Of a DNA stretch of 58,102 nt, positions 30,104 to 39,952 are shown one piece after another. The stretch's first letter is position 1, and every line of letters starts with the position of its first letter. The translations under genes and the position numbers were made by a program. Where the stretch lies: positions 1-58,102 of the forward strand of contig JAAFKI010000092.1 of assembly GCA_021399345.1 (NCBI GenBank), written 5' to 3'. The notes under the pieces were generated by a model. The model was not told the origin of the DNA. It saw only the letters and a program-made list of their open reading frames with translations, and searched no databases. This DNA is from Candidatus Heimdallarchaeota archaeon (lineage in GTDB: Archaea; Asgardarchaeota; Heimdallarchaeia; Heimdallarchaeales; Heimdallarchaeaceae).

Positions 30104-32174
30104 TAATAGTCAATTCCTTAATCATTGTTTCTGGATCGTTTGTAGGTTGCTTACAAACGAAATCTTTGCAAACATATGCTGTTACTTTATTATTAACAAG
30201 CTTGTATTCCTTTAAGATTTCTATATTCTCTAGCAGTGAGTCATCTTCCAGATATTTTAGAATAACTACTTTGTTGGGAATATATTGGTCTTCTAGTTTC
30301 TCCAGAAACGCTTTGACTGAACTATCTCCTTTATTCGCTACAATTATAATCTCAAATGAAGGTCCTATTGCGAAATCAAGAGCTGTGAGAATAAAAGTAA
30401 AAGCTGAAGGCATCTTATTTATTTGATTGGCGAAGGTTTTCAGTAATTCATCAGCTTTTTTCTCTAAACTTACTTTTGATGTTATCTTGGATAATCTAAG
30501 CAGATTATACATTGAAACTGAATTTCCTGATGGTATTGCACCATCATAGACATTCTTTTCTCTAACTAGAAGCTCTTCACTATCATCAGCTGTAAAGAAG
30601 AAAGCACCAGTGTCTTCATCCCAGAAGTGCTTGAGGAGAATTTCATTTAGATTAATTGCTTTTTCAAGATATTCAGGATTGTAACTAGTTTCATAAAGTT
30701 CAAGCAATCCCCAGATCATAAAAGCATAATCATCTAAATTAGCTGAAATAGCAGATTGTCCATTTCTATATCTATGTAGTAATCTTCCATTCTTTTGGTA
30801 CAATTTGCTGAAAATGAAGTCTGCAGCTTTTTCAGCTACTTTTTGGTATTTTTTTTCTCCTAAAACTTGAGATGCTTTTGAAAAAGCAGCTATCATTATT
30901 CCATTCCAGTTAGTCAGGATTTTGTCATCCTTCAAAGGGTGTATTCTTTTCTTTCTTTCTGTGAAGATTTTTGTACGAATAAGTTCTATCTTTTCTATAA
31001 TTTCCTCACTATATTCAAGTATGGGTTTCTTCAAATGTGGAATATTAGAGGAAGATTTCTGTTGAGTTGCCTCATCTAGAAAGTTACCAGTAGGAGATAT
31101 ATTGAATATTTGGGCGGCTAACTCAACTTCCTTTTCATCAAGTATTTCTGTTATTTCTTTGTGTGACCAGATATAGAATTTACCTTCTTCTCCTTCACTA
31201 TCAGCATCTTCTGCTGAATAAAAACCCCCCTCTTTTGAGGTCATATCTCTCATAACATATTCCAGAATTTCTTCTACAGTCTGTTTATATTCTTCCTTTT
31301 TTGTTATCTGATAAGCTTCAGCGTAAGCCAATGTCAGCATCGCTTGATCATATAGCATCTTTTCAAAATGCGGAACTAACCAATGTCTATCGGTGGAATA
31401 TCGATGGAAACCAAAACCAACTTGATCAAATATTCCTCCCAATCTCATTTTCTGTAAGGTTGTTTCAACCATTTGTAATGCTATAGGATCATTGAATCTC
31501 TTCCAATATCTAAGAAGAAAGAGAAGATTGTGAGGTGAGGGAAACTTTGGTTGAGAACCAAATCCCCCTAATATTTCATCGAATCTATTATCTAACTCAT
31601 CAAATCCGCGGATGAGCAATTCTTCACCATTGTAGTCAGATTGAGATAAAATTGTTGATTCATGAAGATGAGTTGTAATTTCTTCAGCTGTTTTGAGAAT
31701 ATCATTTCTTTTTGATTTCCAAATCTCAACTATCTGAGTGAGTAGGTCAATCAGACCCGACATGCCAAATCTACTGTTTTTAGGAATGTATGTTCCAGCG
31801 AAAAATGGCTTCTTCTCAGGGGTCATTATAATAGTCATAGGCCAACCTCCTCTACCTGTCATCATTTGAGTTACAGTCATATAGATACTGTCGATATCCG
31901 GACGTTCTTCTCTATCTACCTTAATTGAAATAAAATTATCATTTAGAATTTTAGCTACTTCTTGGTCCTCAAAAGATTCATGTTCCATAACGTGACACCA
32001 GTGGCAAGTTGCGTAACCAACAGATAGAAAAATTGGTTTATCTTCTTCAGCAGCTTTTTTGAAGGCTTCTTCTCCCCAAGGATACCAGTCTACTGGATTG
32101 TAAGCATGCTGGAGCAAATATGGACTCTGTTCATTTATCAGATGATTTGGCTTAGACATTTTCTTCAAGTACAA
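30093..32174 (-). CDS. YyaL/SSP411 family thioredoxin-domain protein (DUF255 plus glycosidase-like barrel)
   Basis: [45 protein letters not shown]. Confidence 0.92.
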   Translation of the reverse strand: MYLKKMSKPNHLINEQSPYLLQHAYNPVDWYPWGEEAFKKAAEEDKPIFLSVGYATCHWCHVMEHESFEDQEVAKILNDNFISIKVDREERPDIDSIYMTVTQMMTGRGGWPMTIIMTPEKKPFFAGTYIPKNSRFGMSGLIDLLTQIVEIWKSKRNDILKTAEEITTHLHESTILSQSDYNGEELLIRGFDELDNRFDEILGGFGSQPKFPSPHNLLFLLRYWKRFNDPIALQMVETTLQKMRLGGIFDQVGFGFHRYSTDRHWLVPHFEKMLYDQAMLTLAYAEAYQITKKEEYKQTVEEILEYVMRDMTSKEGGFYSAEDADSEGEEGKFYIWSHKEITEILDEKEVELAAQIFNISPTGNFLDEATQQKSSSNIPHLKKPILEYSEEIIEKIELIRTKIFTERKKRIHPLKDDKILTNWNGIMIAAFSKASQVLGEKKYQKVAEKAADFIFSKLYQKNGRLLHRYRNGQSAISANLDDYAFMIWGLLELYETSYNPEYLEKAINLNEILLKHFWDEDTGAFFFTADDSEELLVREKNVYDGAIPSGNSVSMYNLLRLSKITSKVSLEKKADELLKTFANQINKMPSAFTFILTALDFAIGPSFEIIIVANKGDSSVKAFLEKLEDQYIPNKVVILKYLEDDSLLENIEILKEYKLVNNKVTAYVCKDFVCKQPTNDPETMIKELTINED

Positions 32175-32334
32175 GATAGAAATTTCGTTTTAAATAGTAT
32201 CCAAAGAACAAAAATTCTAAGGTTTTTAGAATTATTTGTCACTTCAACAAAACAAAGCAAATATTTGATAAAGAACATAAGGTACAGACACTAAGAAAAC
32301 TATTTAACTTCTAAGGAAAGGGAAGAATTACAAA

Positions 32335-33942
32335 ATGTTCCTCAACACATCTATCAAGTCTAAAGCACTTTTTGTAATTCTAATCATTTTTTTAAACTTC
32401 ATCCCAAATTATAGATTTTTAGACTCCGATATTTCTTCAGATGAATTGTTTGAATATTCTATTCTCAAGAATGTTGGTTCAGATCGTTTTGAAGGATATA
32501 ATTTATTTGTTGTGGAAAGACACAGCACTTCTGGGTGGGAGATACTAAATCGAACCATGTTTATCACAGATATGGATGGAAGAATCTACTTTGAACGAGA
32601 GATGCTTACAGATGGAGCTTTAGCCGATAATGCTGCTGAATTCATTAATTCAACAACAATCCTTTACGCAGAACTTGGACAAGCTAAGCTATGGAATATT
32701 GAAACAAATACGACAACTAATTTGAATTTTTCAGGACATCATGATATAGAAAGGAATTATGCAAATGATACTTACTTTGTTCTAAAAGGATACGTTATTG
32801 AAATCGGTGGAGAGGAATATCTCTATGATAAGATTCAAGAATACACTCCAGAGGGAGATCTCGTTTGGGAAGTGGATACTATTGATTTTGTAAATGAATC
32901 ACAATGGTGTCCCTTTGAAGATATGGAGTCAAGCCTAAGGGATATTACACACTCCAATTCAGTAATCTATGACGAAAAAGAAGATGCGGTTTATCTAAAT
33001 TCCAGAAATCTGAATACGTTCTACAAAATTGACCATAAAACAGGAGACGTAGTCTGGGGATTAGGAGAATACGGAAATTTCACTATGTACGACATCAATG
33101 GCATTCAGCAAGAGATCATGTTTTATCACGGACATGATTTGGAAAAAATCAGTGATAACAAGTTTACTTATTTTGATAATGATTATCATAATCAGACTGA
33201 CGCAAGTAATTTCCATTCCAGATTAATTGAAATAACAATTAGTGAAACATCCAAAACTGCAAATATTACATGGGAGTGGATATCACCTCAAGATTATTTC
33301 AGTGGTTGGTGGGGGGACTGTGATGTTTTACCCAACAATAATATGCTAGGTGTTTTTGGATCAACTGATCACATTAATACAGATTTGGGTGCAAGGTTAG
33401 TTGAGGTTAACCGTGAGCATGAAATTGTTTGGGAGTTTGCTTTTCCAAAAGTTGGAGATGATATTTTTGGTGTTTATAATATGGAGAGAGTTCGATTTGC
33501 ACCAATTGTTTCAGACCCCCGATTTATTGAAACTATAAATTCCACTTATTTAGAATGGGATATTTGGTATAATTTCAAATCAAAAACTGATTTCACTGGA
33601 ACTTACTACATAAATATTGATGAAGTCACCGTAGAAACAGGTCAAATTATACTTCCACGTTTTTGGCAATCAGTGCAAATCCAGTACTCTGTTGATGAAA
33701 TCACTGCTGGAACTCACAACATCTCATTAATTGTATCAGATGAAGCTGGACATCTATCGAATGAATCGGAAAAATTTAGTTCTACAGGTTCTTTGATTTT
33801 CAAAGATATCAATAACAAAGCTTTAGTCTTAGGATTATCGCTGGGTATAAGTGGTTTTATTCTTGCGTCTGGTGGAATATTTGTTTGGTTTAAATTTTTG
33901 AAGAAGAAACAGATTTTCAAGAAGTTATTACAAAAAACATAA
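32335..33942 (+). CDS. Arylsulfotransferase (ASST)-like secreted propeller protein, C-terminal TM
   Basis: GHHD, DITHSNS, YHGHD, FDN, G..VWE repeats. Confidence 0.7.
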   Translation: MFLNTSIKSKALFVILIIFLNFIPNYRFLDSDISSDELFEYSILKNVGSDRFEGYNLFVVERHSTSGWEILNRTMFITDMDGRIYFEREMLTDGALADNAAEFINSTTILYAELGQAKLWNIETNTTTNLNFSGHHDIERNYANDTYFVLKGYVIEIGGEEYLYDKIQEYTPEGDLVWEVDTIDFVNESQWCPFEDMESSLRDITHSNSVIYDEKEDAVYLNSRNLNTFYKIDHKTGDVVWGLGEYGNFTMYDINGIQQEIMFYHGHDLEKISDNKFTYFDNDYHNQTDASNFHSRLIEITISETSKTANITWEWISPQDYFSGWWGDCDVLPNNNMLGVFGSTDHINTDLGARLVEVNREHEIVWEFAFPKVGDDIFGVYNMERVRFAPIVSDPRFIETINSTYLEWDIWYNFKSKTDFTGTYYINIDEVTVETGQIILPRFWQSVQIQYSVDEITAGTHNISLIVSDEAGHLSNESEKFSSTGSLIFKDINNKALVLGLSLGISGFILASGGIFVWFKFLKKKQIFKKLLQKT

Positions 33943-33969
33943 ATTAAGTTAAAATAACCAGATGCTGGG

Positions 33970-35556
33970 ATGAGAATCAACAAATCATTAAACTTGTCTA
34001 ATTATTCAAAATTAGTGGCTGTATTTGTAATTCTTATTCTATTGCAAACACAAATAATGGGAACAAATGCTTACATCTCAAGTTCAACTGTTCTTCAAAT
34101 TCAGAATTCTCAAGATGAAACTTCGTCTAATCGATTTGAGGGATATAATCTGTTAGTACTTGAACAAAATAATTTTTCAACAGGAGGATTTCTAAGCCGT
34201 AAAATAGTGATTGCTGATTTAGATGGTAATATTATTATTGAAAGAGGGATTAGTTCTGAGCCTTTATTAGCTGACCAACCTATTGAGTTCATTAATTCTA
34301 CAACTTTAATCTATGGTGACTACGGAGGAGCCAAGTTATGGAATATAGAAACAAATGTTACTGTGAATCTGTATTTTGAAGGACATCATGAGATAGAGAT
34401 GGATCATCTTCGAGATACATATTTTACTTTAGATTCGTATGAAGTTGATATTAATGAGAAAACGTATCTTTTTGATCTTATCAATGAATATAATTCCACT
34501 GGCCATCTTATTCGATCTATAGACACAAGGAATTATGTTGAATTATGGCAAACATGTCCTTTCGAAGACGAGCTAGCAATTTTGGATATAACTCATGCCA
34601 ACTCCCTTGTTTTTGATGAAGATAAAGATATGATGTATCTGAATTGTAGAAGCACAAATACTTTTTACAAAATAGATCATCAGACTGGGGACCTGATATG
34701 GGGATTGGGGGAGTATGGAAATTTCACTATGTATGATATTTATGGAAACCAGAGAGATTATCTCTTCTTTCATAGCCACAGTCTAGAAAAAATTGGTGAT
34801 GATAGGTTTCTACTTTTCGATAATGATTTCCATAACCAAACTGATGCAATGAATCGACATTCAAGATTGGTTGAAATTACAATCGACGAGGATAAAATGC
34901 AAGCCAATGTGACGTGGGAGTGGTCTGCACCTACAGATTATTGGAGCATTATCTGGGGAGATTGTGACTTGCTTCCTAATAATAACAAATTAGGTGTATT
35001 TGGTCATACAACTTATCTAGGGGAGAGTCAAGGATCAAAAGCAATTGAAGTAAGTAATGAAGGAGAAATAGTTTGGAAACTATTCTCACCCATAGAAGAA
35101 GACGAGTTATATGAGTATTATAGAATGGAAAGGATCAGATTTTCACCGATAACATCAGCTCCCATTTTTGTTGATTTAGAAGACAATCAATATTTTGAGT
35201 GGAATGTGTGGTATAATTTCAGATCTAAAACAAATTTCACAGGAGAATACTTCATCTACTTAGATGATCAATTAGTAGAAAATAAGAACATCACTTTTCC
35301 CAAATATTGGGAACCTCTTAAAGTTAAATTTTATCTAGGAGAAATAACCAATGGTATGCATCAAATATCGATTGTTGTAGCTGATGAAGGAGGTCATCTA
35401 TCAATTGATTCAGAGTTTTATGAGAATATAGGTTCTATCAAATTTAGAATTGGGCAAAAAATTGAACTCATTCTCGGATTATCTTTAGGAATAGGATTAC
35501 CAGTTCTCCTTGTTTCATTTTTCACATGGGTGAAGTATTTGAGAAAGAAAATTTAA
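33970..35556 (+). CDS. Arylsulfotransferase-like protein, tandem paralog
   Basis: GHHE, DITHANS, FHSHS, FDNDFHNQTDA; collinear with the previous ORF. Confidence 0.7.
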   Translation: MRINKSLNLSNYSKLVAVFVILILLQTQIMGTNAYISSSTVLQIQNSQDETSSNRFEGYNLLVLEQNNFSTGGFLSRKIVIADLDGNIIIERGISSEPLLADQPIEFINSTTLIYGDYGGAKLWNIETNVTVNLYFEGHHEIEMDHLRDTYFTLDSYEVDINEKTYLFDLINEYNSTGHLIRSIDTRNYVELWQTCPFEDELAILDITHANSLVFDEDKDMMYLNCRSTNTFYKIDHQTGDLIWGLGEYGNFTMYDIYGNQRDYLFFHSHSLEKIGDDRFLLFDNDFHNQTDAMNRHSRLVEITIDEDKMQANVTWEWSAPTDYWSIIWGDCDLLPNNNKLGVFGHTTYLGESQGSKAIEVSNEGEIVWKLFSPIEEDELYEYYRMERIRFSPITSAPIFVDLEDNQYFEWNVWYNFRSKTNFTGEYFIYLDDQLVENKNITFPKYWEPLKVKFYLGEITNGMHQISIVVADEGGHLSIDSEFYENIGSIKFRIGQKIELILGLSLGIGLPVLLVSFFTWVKYLRKKI

Positions 35557-35606
35557 TAGAAAAAATTACTACAAAAAACACTAATGAGCTTCTTAACCTA
35601 GATGTC

Positions 35607-36527
35607 TTACTCACTATTTTCATCAAATTCTGATGCTGGAGGAGAAGGAATTTTGGCAACTTTTATTTCTCCAGTCGAATTAATTACTGGTCTTGGAGGA
35701 GGGGCGCTAGGTGCTGGTACTGAAGGAGGAGGAGGGGTGTCTCTCATTGTTGGTGCAACGAATAAAATATGATTTTTCATGTTGTTAAACGCGAAATAAT
35801 AGAAAATATATCCCACTATGATTCCTGGAAGATAAAAGATATCAATGAAAAGTAATAATGAGAAAACAATAGTTATGAAACTTCCAGCAAGTATGTGATA
35901 AGCTGAATTCTTTAAGACAGTTGGTTTGAGACCATAACGGCTCAAGATAACATTGAAGTTGTAGAAACTAACATTCAAACAAGCATTTGCAATCATGATA
36001 GCTATAATCCAACCAAAACTTGGGAGAAAGAATGCTAATGATGAAAGAGAAACATAAACGATAAACCATTTCTGTATTTTTGAAGCTTGTATCAGAGTCT
36101 TCTCTTCTTCTTCAAGTTGTTTGAAAGTTCTACTTAACCTGAAAATTAGAGAAAACAATAAAATATTTATTGTAAAGTATAGAAGTGAAAATATTATAGT
36201 GATAAATGCTAGTACTTTGAAACCTAAACTAGCACTAAAGAACATTAAAGCTATTCCTGCTACAAATGAATAAACATCAATTGTTATGAAATTTGAAACT
36301 ATTGCAGAAACATCACCAGCAAAAAATAAATAATAAGCTAGTGCAAATAAAATCATTAGGATCAAACCTAAAATTACTTGTATAAGAATAAAATATGACC
36401 CATCTCTAGATGTTTTGGAAATAATGTTTTTGATATCCTTTAATGTCTTTTTATCACTAGTAGATTCCATAAATGTCATTATAAAGTATGAATTTCTTCT
36501 TAAAAGATTATGGCTAATCCTAGTCAT
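35607..36527 (-). CDS. Multi-pass membrane protein with Pro-rich C-terminal tail
   Basis: About 6-7 TM segments; tail TPPPPSVPAPSAPPPRP. Confidence 0.7.
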   Translation of the reverse strand: MTRISHNLLRRNSYFIMTFMESTSDKKTLKDIKNIISKTSRDGSYFILIQVILGLILMILFALAYYLFFAGDVSAIVSNFITIDVYSFVAGIALMFFSASLGFKVLAFITIIFSLLYFTINILLFSLIFRLSRTFKQLEEEEKTLIQASKIQKWFIVYVSLSSLAFFLPSFGWIIAIMIANACLNVSFYNFNVILSRYGLKPTVLKNSAYHILAGSFITIVFSLLLFIDIFYLPGIIVGYIFYYFAFNNMKNHILFVAPTMRDTPPPPSVPAPSAPPPRPVINSTGEIKVAKIPSPPASEFDENSE

Positions 36528-36542
36528 TCTAAAAGAAAGTAA

Positions 36543-37103
36543 TTACTCATATCGATCAATATGAGCATATTCTTCAAATTTATTCCTTAAAGACCTGGTT
36601 ATTTCATCTTCCTGATGTTTTTCACCTAGTTTACTTAAATCATCACTTCTTTTACCAACAGCAAGTAATGCAATCAGTCTATTTTCTTCAGGAATTTTAA
36701 GAATTTCTTTAGCTAAACCTTCTTTAAAGCCAGCCATAGCATGAGCCACTAGACCTTTGTCAACAATTGAAAGCATTAAATGAGCGGTAGCCATCCCTGT
36801 CCCAAAGAGATAATATTCTCTAGGACCGATTAAACATCCTATATCAGGATGAGAATGAACAGCTATTATCATTGAAGCTTCTTTTGCCCAATAATTACCT
36901 CCACTAAGAGCCTCATGAAGTTCAGATAAAACAGCTTTATCTTGAACAAAGACAAATCTCCAAGGCTGCTTATTACCACAGGATGGTGCTCTAGAAGCTA
37001 GATATGCTATCTCCTTAACAAAATCATCTGTTATTTCAACAGGTTCAAAAGCTCTAAAAGCTCGTCTCTCTTCAATAACTTGTTTCAACTCCATTTTTAT
37101 CAC
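36543..37103 (-). CDS. Nitroreductase family protein
   Basis: RRAFRAF, APSCGNKQPWRF. Confidence 0.9.
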   Translation of the reverse strand: MIKMELKQVIEERRAFRAFEPVEITDDFVKEIAYLASRAPSCGNKQPWRFVFVQDKAVLSELHEALSGGNYWAKEASMIIAVHSHPDIGCLIGPREYYLFGTGMATAHLMLSIVDKGLVAHAMAGFKEGLAKEILKIPEENRLIALLAVGKRSDDLSKLGEKHQEDEITRSLRNKFEEYAHIDRYE

Positions 37104-37107
37104 AGTC

Positions 37108-37572
37108 CTATTTTAAAGATTTGAGAACATCTCTGACTTCACTAACATGACCTTTAACCTTAACTTTGGGCCAAACCTTAGCTATAACTCCTTGAGGATT
37201 AATAAGATAGGTACTTCGAATAACTCCAAAGAGCTCTTTTCCATACAGTAGTTTCTTTCTCCATGCATCATAAAGCTCAAGAACCTTATGATCTTCATCA
37301 CTCAACAAAATGTGTTTCAAGTCATGTTTAGCTATGAACTTAGCATGCCTTTCAGGAGAATCAGGACTGATTCCAATCACTACAGCATCAATATCAACAA
37401 AATCAGTGATATTGGCACTAAAATCGCAAGCCTCAGTTGTACATCCTGGAGTATTATCTCTAGGATAAAAATAGATAACTACCCATTTATCTTTGAATTG
37501 GTCCAAACAAATATTCTCATTCTTATCGTTTGGTAAACAAAATAGGGGGGCTTTTTCACCTTCATTTAACAT
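37108..37572 (-). CDS. bcp: Peroxiredoxin Bcp/PrxQ
   Basis: YFYPRDNTPGCTTEAC. Confidence 0.93.
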   Translation of the reverse strand: MLNEGEKAPLFCLPNDKNENICLDQFKDKWVVIYFYPRDNTPGCTTEACDFSANITDFVDIDAVVIGISPDSPERHAKFIAKHDLKHILLSDEDHKVLELYDAWRKKLLYGKELFGVIRSTYLINPQGVIAKVWPKVKVKGHVSEVRDVLKSLK

Positions 37573-37586
37573 TTAATTCACCTTTA

Positions 37587-38069
37587 TTATAATTTTCTTC
37601 CTTTTTTACGTTCCTTTTTGATGAAACTTGTTATCTCATCAAAGTCAGGAACTGTAGACATTTCATAAATCTTCATAAAAACTATTTCCTTGTTTTTACC
37701 AACAAGAATATTAGCTCGATTTGAAATACCTTTATCTTCATTAAATAAACCTAAAGATTCAGCTAAAGCACCATGAGACCAAAAATCTGCAAGAAGCTTA
37801 GTCTCTTTAATGCCAAGATTCTCAGCCCAAGCTTTCTTAGAGGGAATAGAATCAACACTAACTCCAACAGCTATAACATCTAAATCATCGAATTCAGATT
37901 TAGAAGATTCAAGAGATTGCATTTGTTTAGCACAAACTCCAGTCCAAGCAAGAGGATGGAAAGATAGTAAAACAAGCTTATCTTTAATATCATAAAGATT
38001 GAAATCTTCATTATTTTGATCTTTTAGAGTAAAATCAGGAACAATATCACTTAATTGCATTTTAATCAC
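37587..38069 (-). CDS. 1-Cys peroxiredoxin (AhpE-like)
   Basis: FHPLAWTGVC, SVDS, LLADFW.HG, RA. Confidence 0.85.
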   Translation of the reverse strand: MIKMQLSDIVPDFTLKDQNNEDFNLYDIKDKLVLLSFHPLAWTGVCAKQMQSLESSKSEFDDLDVIAVGVSVDSIPSKKAWAENLGIKETKLLADFWSHGALAESLGLFNEDKGISNRANILVGKNKEIVFMKIYEMSTVPDFDEITSFIKKERKKGRKL

Positions 38070-38253
38070 AAGAGAAGATAATCTAGAAAACTTTTAAAGG
38101 GTAGTTTGTAGCAAAAATAAAAAAATATGTCCAGAAAAAATAAATAGTAAAAGAACATATAATTGTGTATAGACATTACTATGCAATAACTTTGCAAACT
38201 TGGAACATAAGAAGATTTAAATTACATCAAAATATAATGAGGTAGAATCTCAA

Positions 38254-38814
38254 ATGTCGGGTGACCTAGGAAGAATTTTTAAAGTGGTTTTGATCGGTGA
38301 TGGGGCCGTAGGTAAAACAAGTTTAAGAAGAAATTATCTAGGAAAGAGTTTTCGAGAAAACTATCTAATGACCATAGGCGCTGACTTCAGCGTGAAGCAG
38401 GTTCCTTATGAAGATTATATTGTCAGCCTACAAATTTGGGATTTAGCAGGGCAACCTAGGTTTTCAGAAGTAAGAGGAGCTTATTATGCAAACACTTACG
38501 GAGCTATGGTTGTTTTTGACGTGACACGTCCAAATACTTTTACAAATATCGATTTTTGGATTAATGAGATGATCAAATACAATGATAATAAACTCATACC
38601 CTTAGTGATCATAGGAAACAAAACTGATCTTAGAGGAGAGCTTCCGGAAGAAGTACAAGTAAACAAAACCTCTGCAATGACCTATGCACAAATACTCTCA
38701 GAATGGGGAGGAATAAAAGTAGAATATGTGGAAACATCTGCTAAGTCAGGACAAAATGTTAGTTCTGCATTTGAAAGACTGATTGACAGAATCTACTTCC
38801 AGATGGGTTTGTAA
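38254..38814 (+). CDS. Rab-like Ras-superfamily small GTPase
   Basis: G1 GDGAVGKTS, G2 TIGADF, G3 WDLAGQ, G4 NKTD, G5 ETSAK; no C-terminal Cys. Confidence 0.93.
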   Translation: MSGDLGRIFKVVLIGDGAVGKTSLRRNYLGKSFRENYLMTIGADFSVKQVPYEDYIVSLQIWDLAGQPRFSEVRGAYYANTYGAMVVFDVTRPNTFTNIDFWINEMIKYNDNKLIPLVIIGNKTDLRGELPEEVQVNKTSAMTYAQILSEWGGIKVEYVETSAKSGQNVSSAFERLIDRIYFQMGL

Positions 38815-38963
38815 TAATCATTCTTGACTTGATATACAGGTGTTTTTGCTGATTTACTCCTTTTATATCAGAATAAAATGAAGGAAAAATCTATTTTCTT
38901 CTTTTTCTGAATACAATGCAAGAATGTCTTCTTCAGAACTATTTACGAAATCAACAATTAATC

Positions 38964-39923
38964 TTAGTCGAAAGAATTTTTGACTTTGATTATTTCAGCT
39001 GCAATACTGACGGCTATTTCTTCAGGAGTATCGCTTTTGATACTAACACCTATTGGTGAGTATACCTTTTTAAGTAGAGTTTTTGAAATGCCTTTTTCTT
39101 TAAGATTATCAAATATTTGTTTCTTCTTTGCTGTACTAGCCATCATACCCAAGTAGGCATATTTTCTACTCAACATTTTTTCTAGTACACGTTCATCTGA
39201 TATATGAGCAAAAGTCATTATTATAACATAAATATTATTTCCTTCAGGAATATACTCCTCAATGTTTTCATAAGAGATAATTCTCTTTTCATTCGCATAA
39301 GAATTAGAGAGCATAGTAGGGAGGTTATCTCTATCATCAAAAACAGTTATATGAAAATCTAGTGTTTCCATAATCCTAGATAAAGAAAGAGAAACATGTC
39401 CTCCCCCGATCACAAAAAGTTTGTTCTGCATTCCAACATTTTCTCGATAAAACCATTTACCATTTTCTTCGACATAGATTTTATCTTTTGATAATATTCT
39501 GTTAAAATCAATGCTGATTCCATCTTCATTCAATGTTAGATTACCAGGTTTTGTCTTTGAATAAGCTTCAACTATTTGTTCAAGTACATTCTTGTCCTTA
39601 ACAGTAAGAGGAATTAATGCGAAAGTTTGTGAACCTGAACAAATCATGCCAGACCTATTTTCTGAAGCTTTGTCATTGTGTTCCAAGTGGATTGTTTCTG
39701 AGGTAAATTTCTCTTCTTCAATCAAAGCTCTTGCATCTTCTACTAGTTTGTGTTCAGAAATGCCTCCTCCTATAGTCCCACATAAGTTATCAAGAGTAAC
39801 AAACATTTTTGCTCCAGGCACATTTGGAGCAGATCCTTCTCGACGAATTATAATGGCTAATACTACAGTATTATCTGCTTCAATCTCTAGTAGAAGTTTT
39901 TTCCAGAATTGTTCTTCATTCAT
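38964..39923 (-). CDS. xdhC: XdhC/CoxI molybdenum-cofactor chaperone
   Basis: GSAP..PGAKM, GTIGGG..E, GMICSG, GGGHVS, PIG..TPEEIAVSIAAE. Confidence 0.9.
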   Translation of the reverse strand: MNEEQFWKKLLLEIEADNTVVLAIIIRREGSAPNVPGAKMFVTLDNLCGTIGGGISEHKLVEDARALIEEEKFTSETIHLEHNDKASENRSGMICSGSQTFALIPLTVKDKNVLEQIVEAYSKTKPGNLTLNEDGISIDFNRILSKDKIYVEENGKWFYRENVGMQNKLFVIGGGHVSLSLSRIMETLDFHITVFDDRDNLPTMLSNSYANEKRIISYENIEEYIPEGNNIYVIIMTFAHISDERVLEKMLSRKYAYLGMMASTAKKKQIFDNLKEKGISKTLLKKVYSPIGVSIKSDTPEEIAVSIAAEIIKVKNSFD

Positions 39924-39952
39924 ATTAGCATCTCACCTGATTTCATTTCCTT

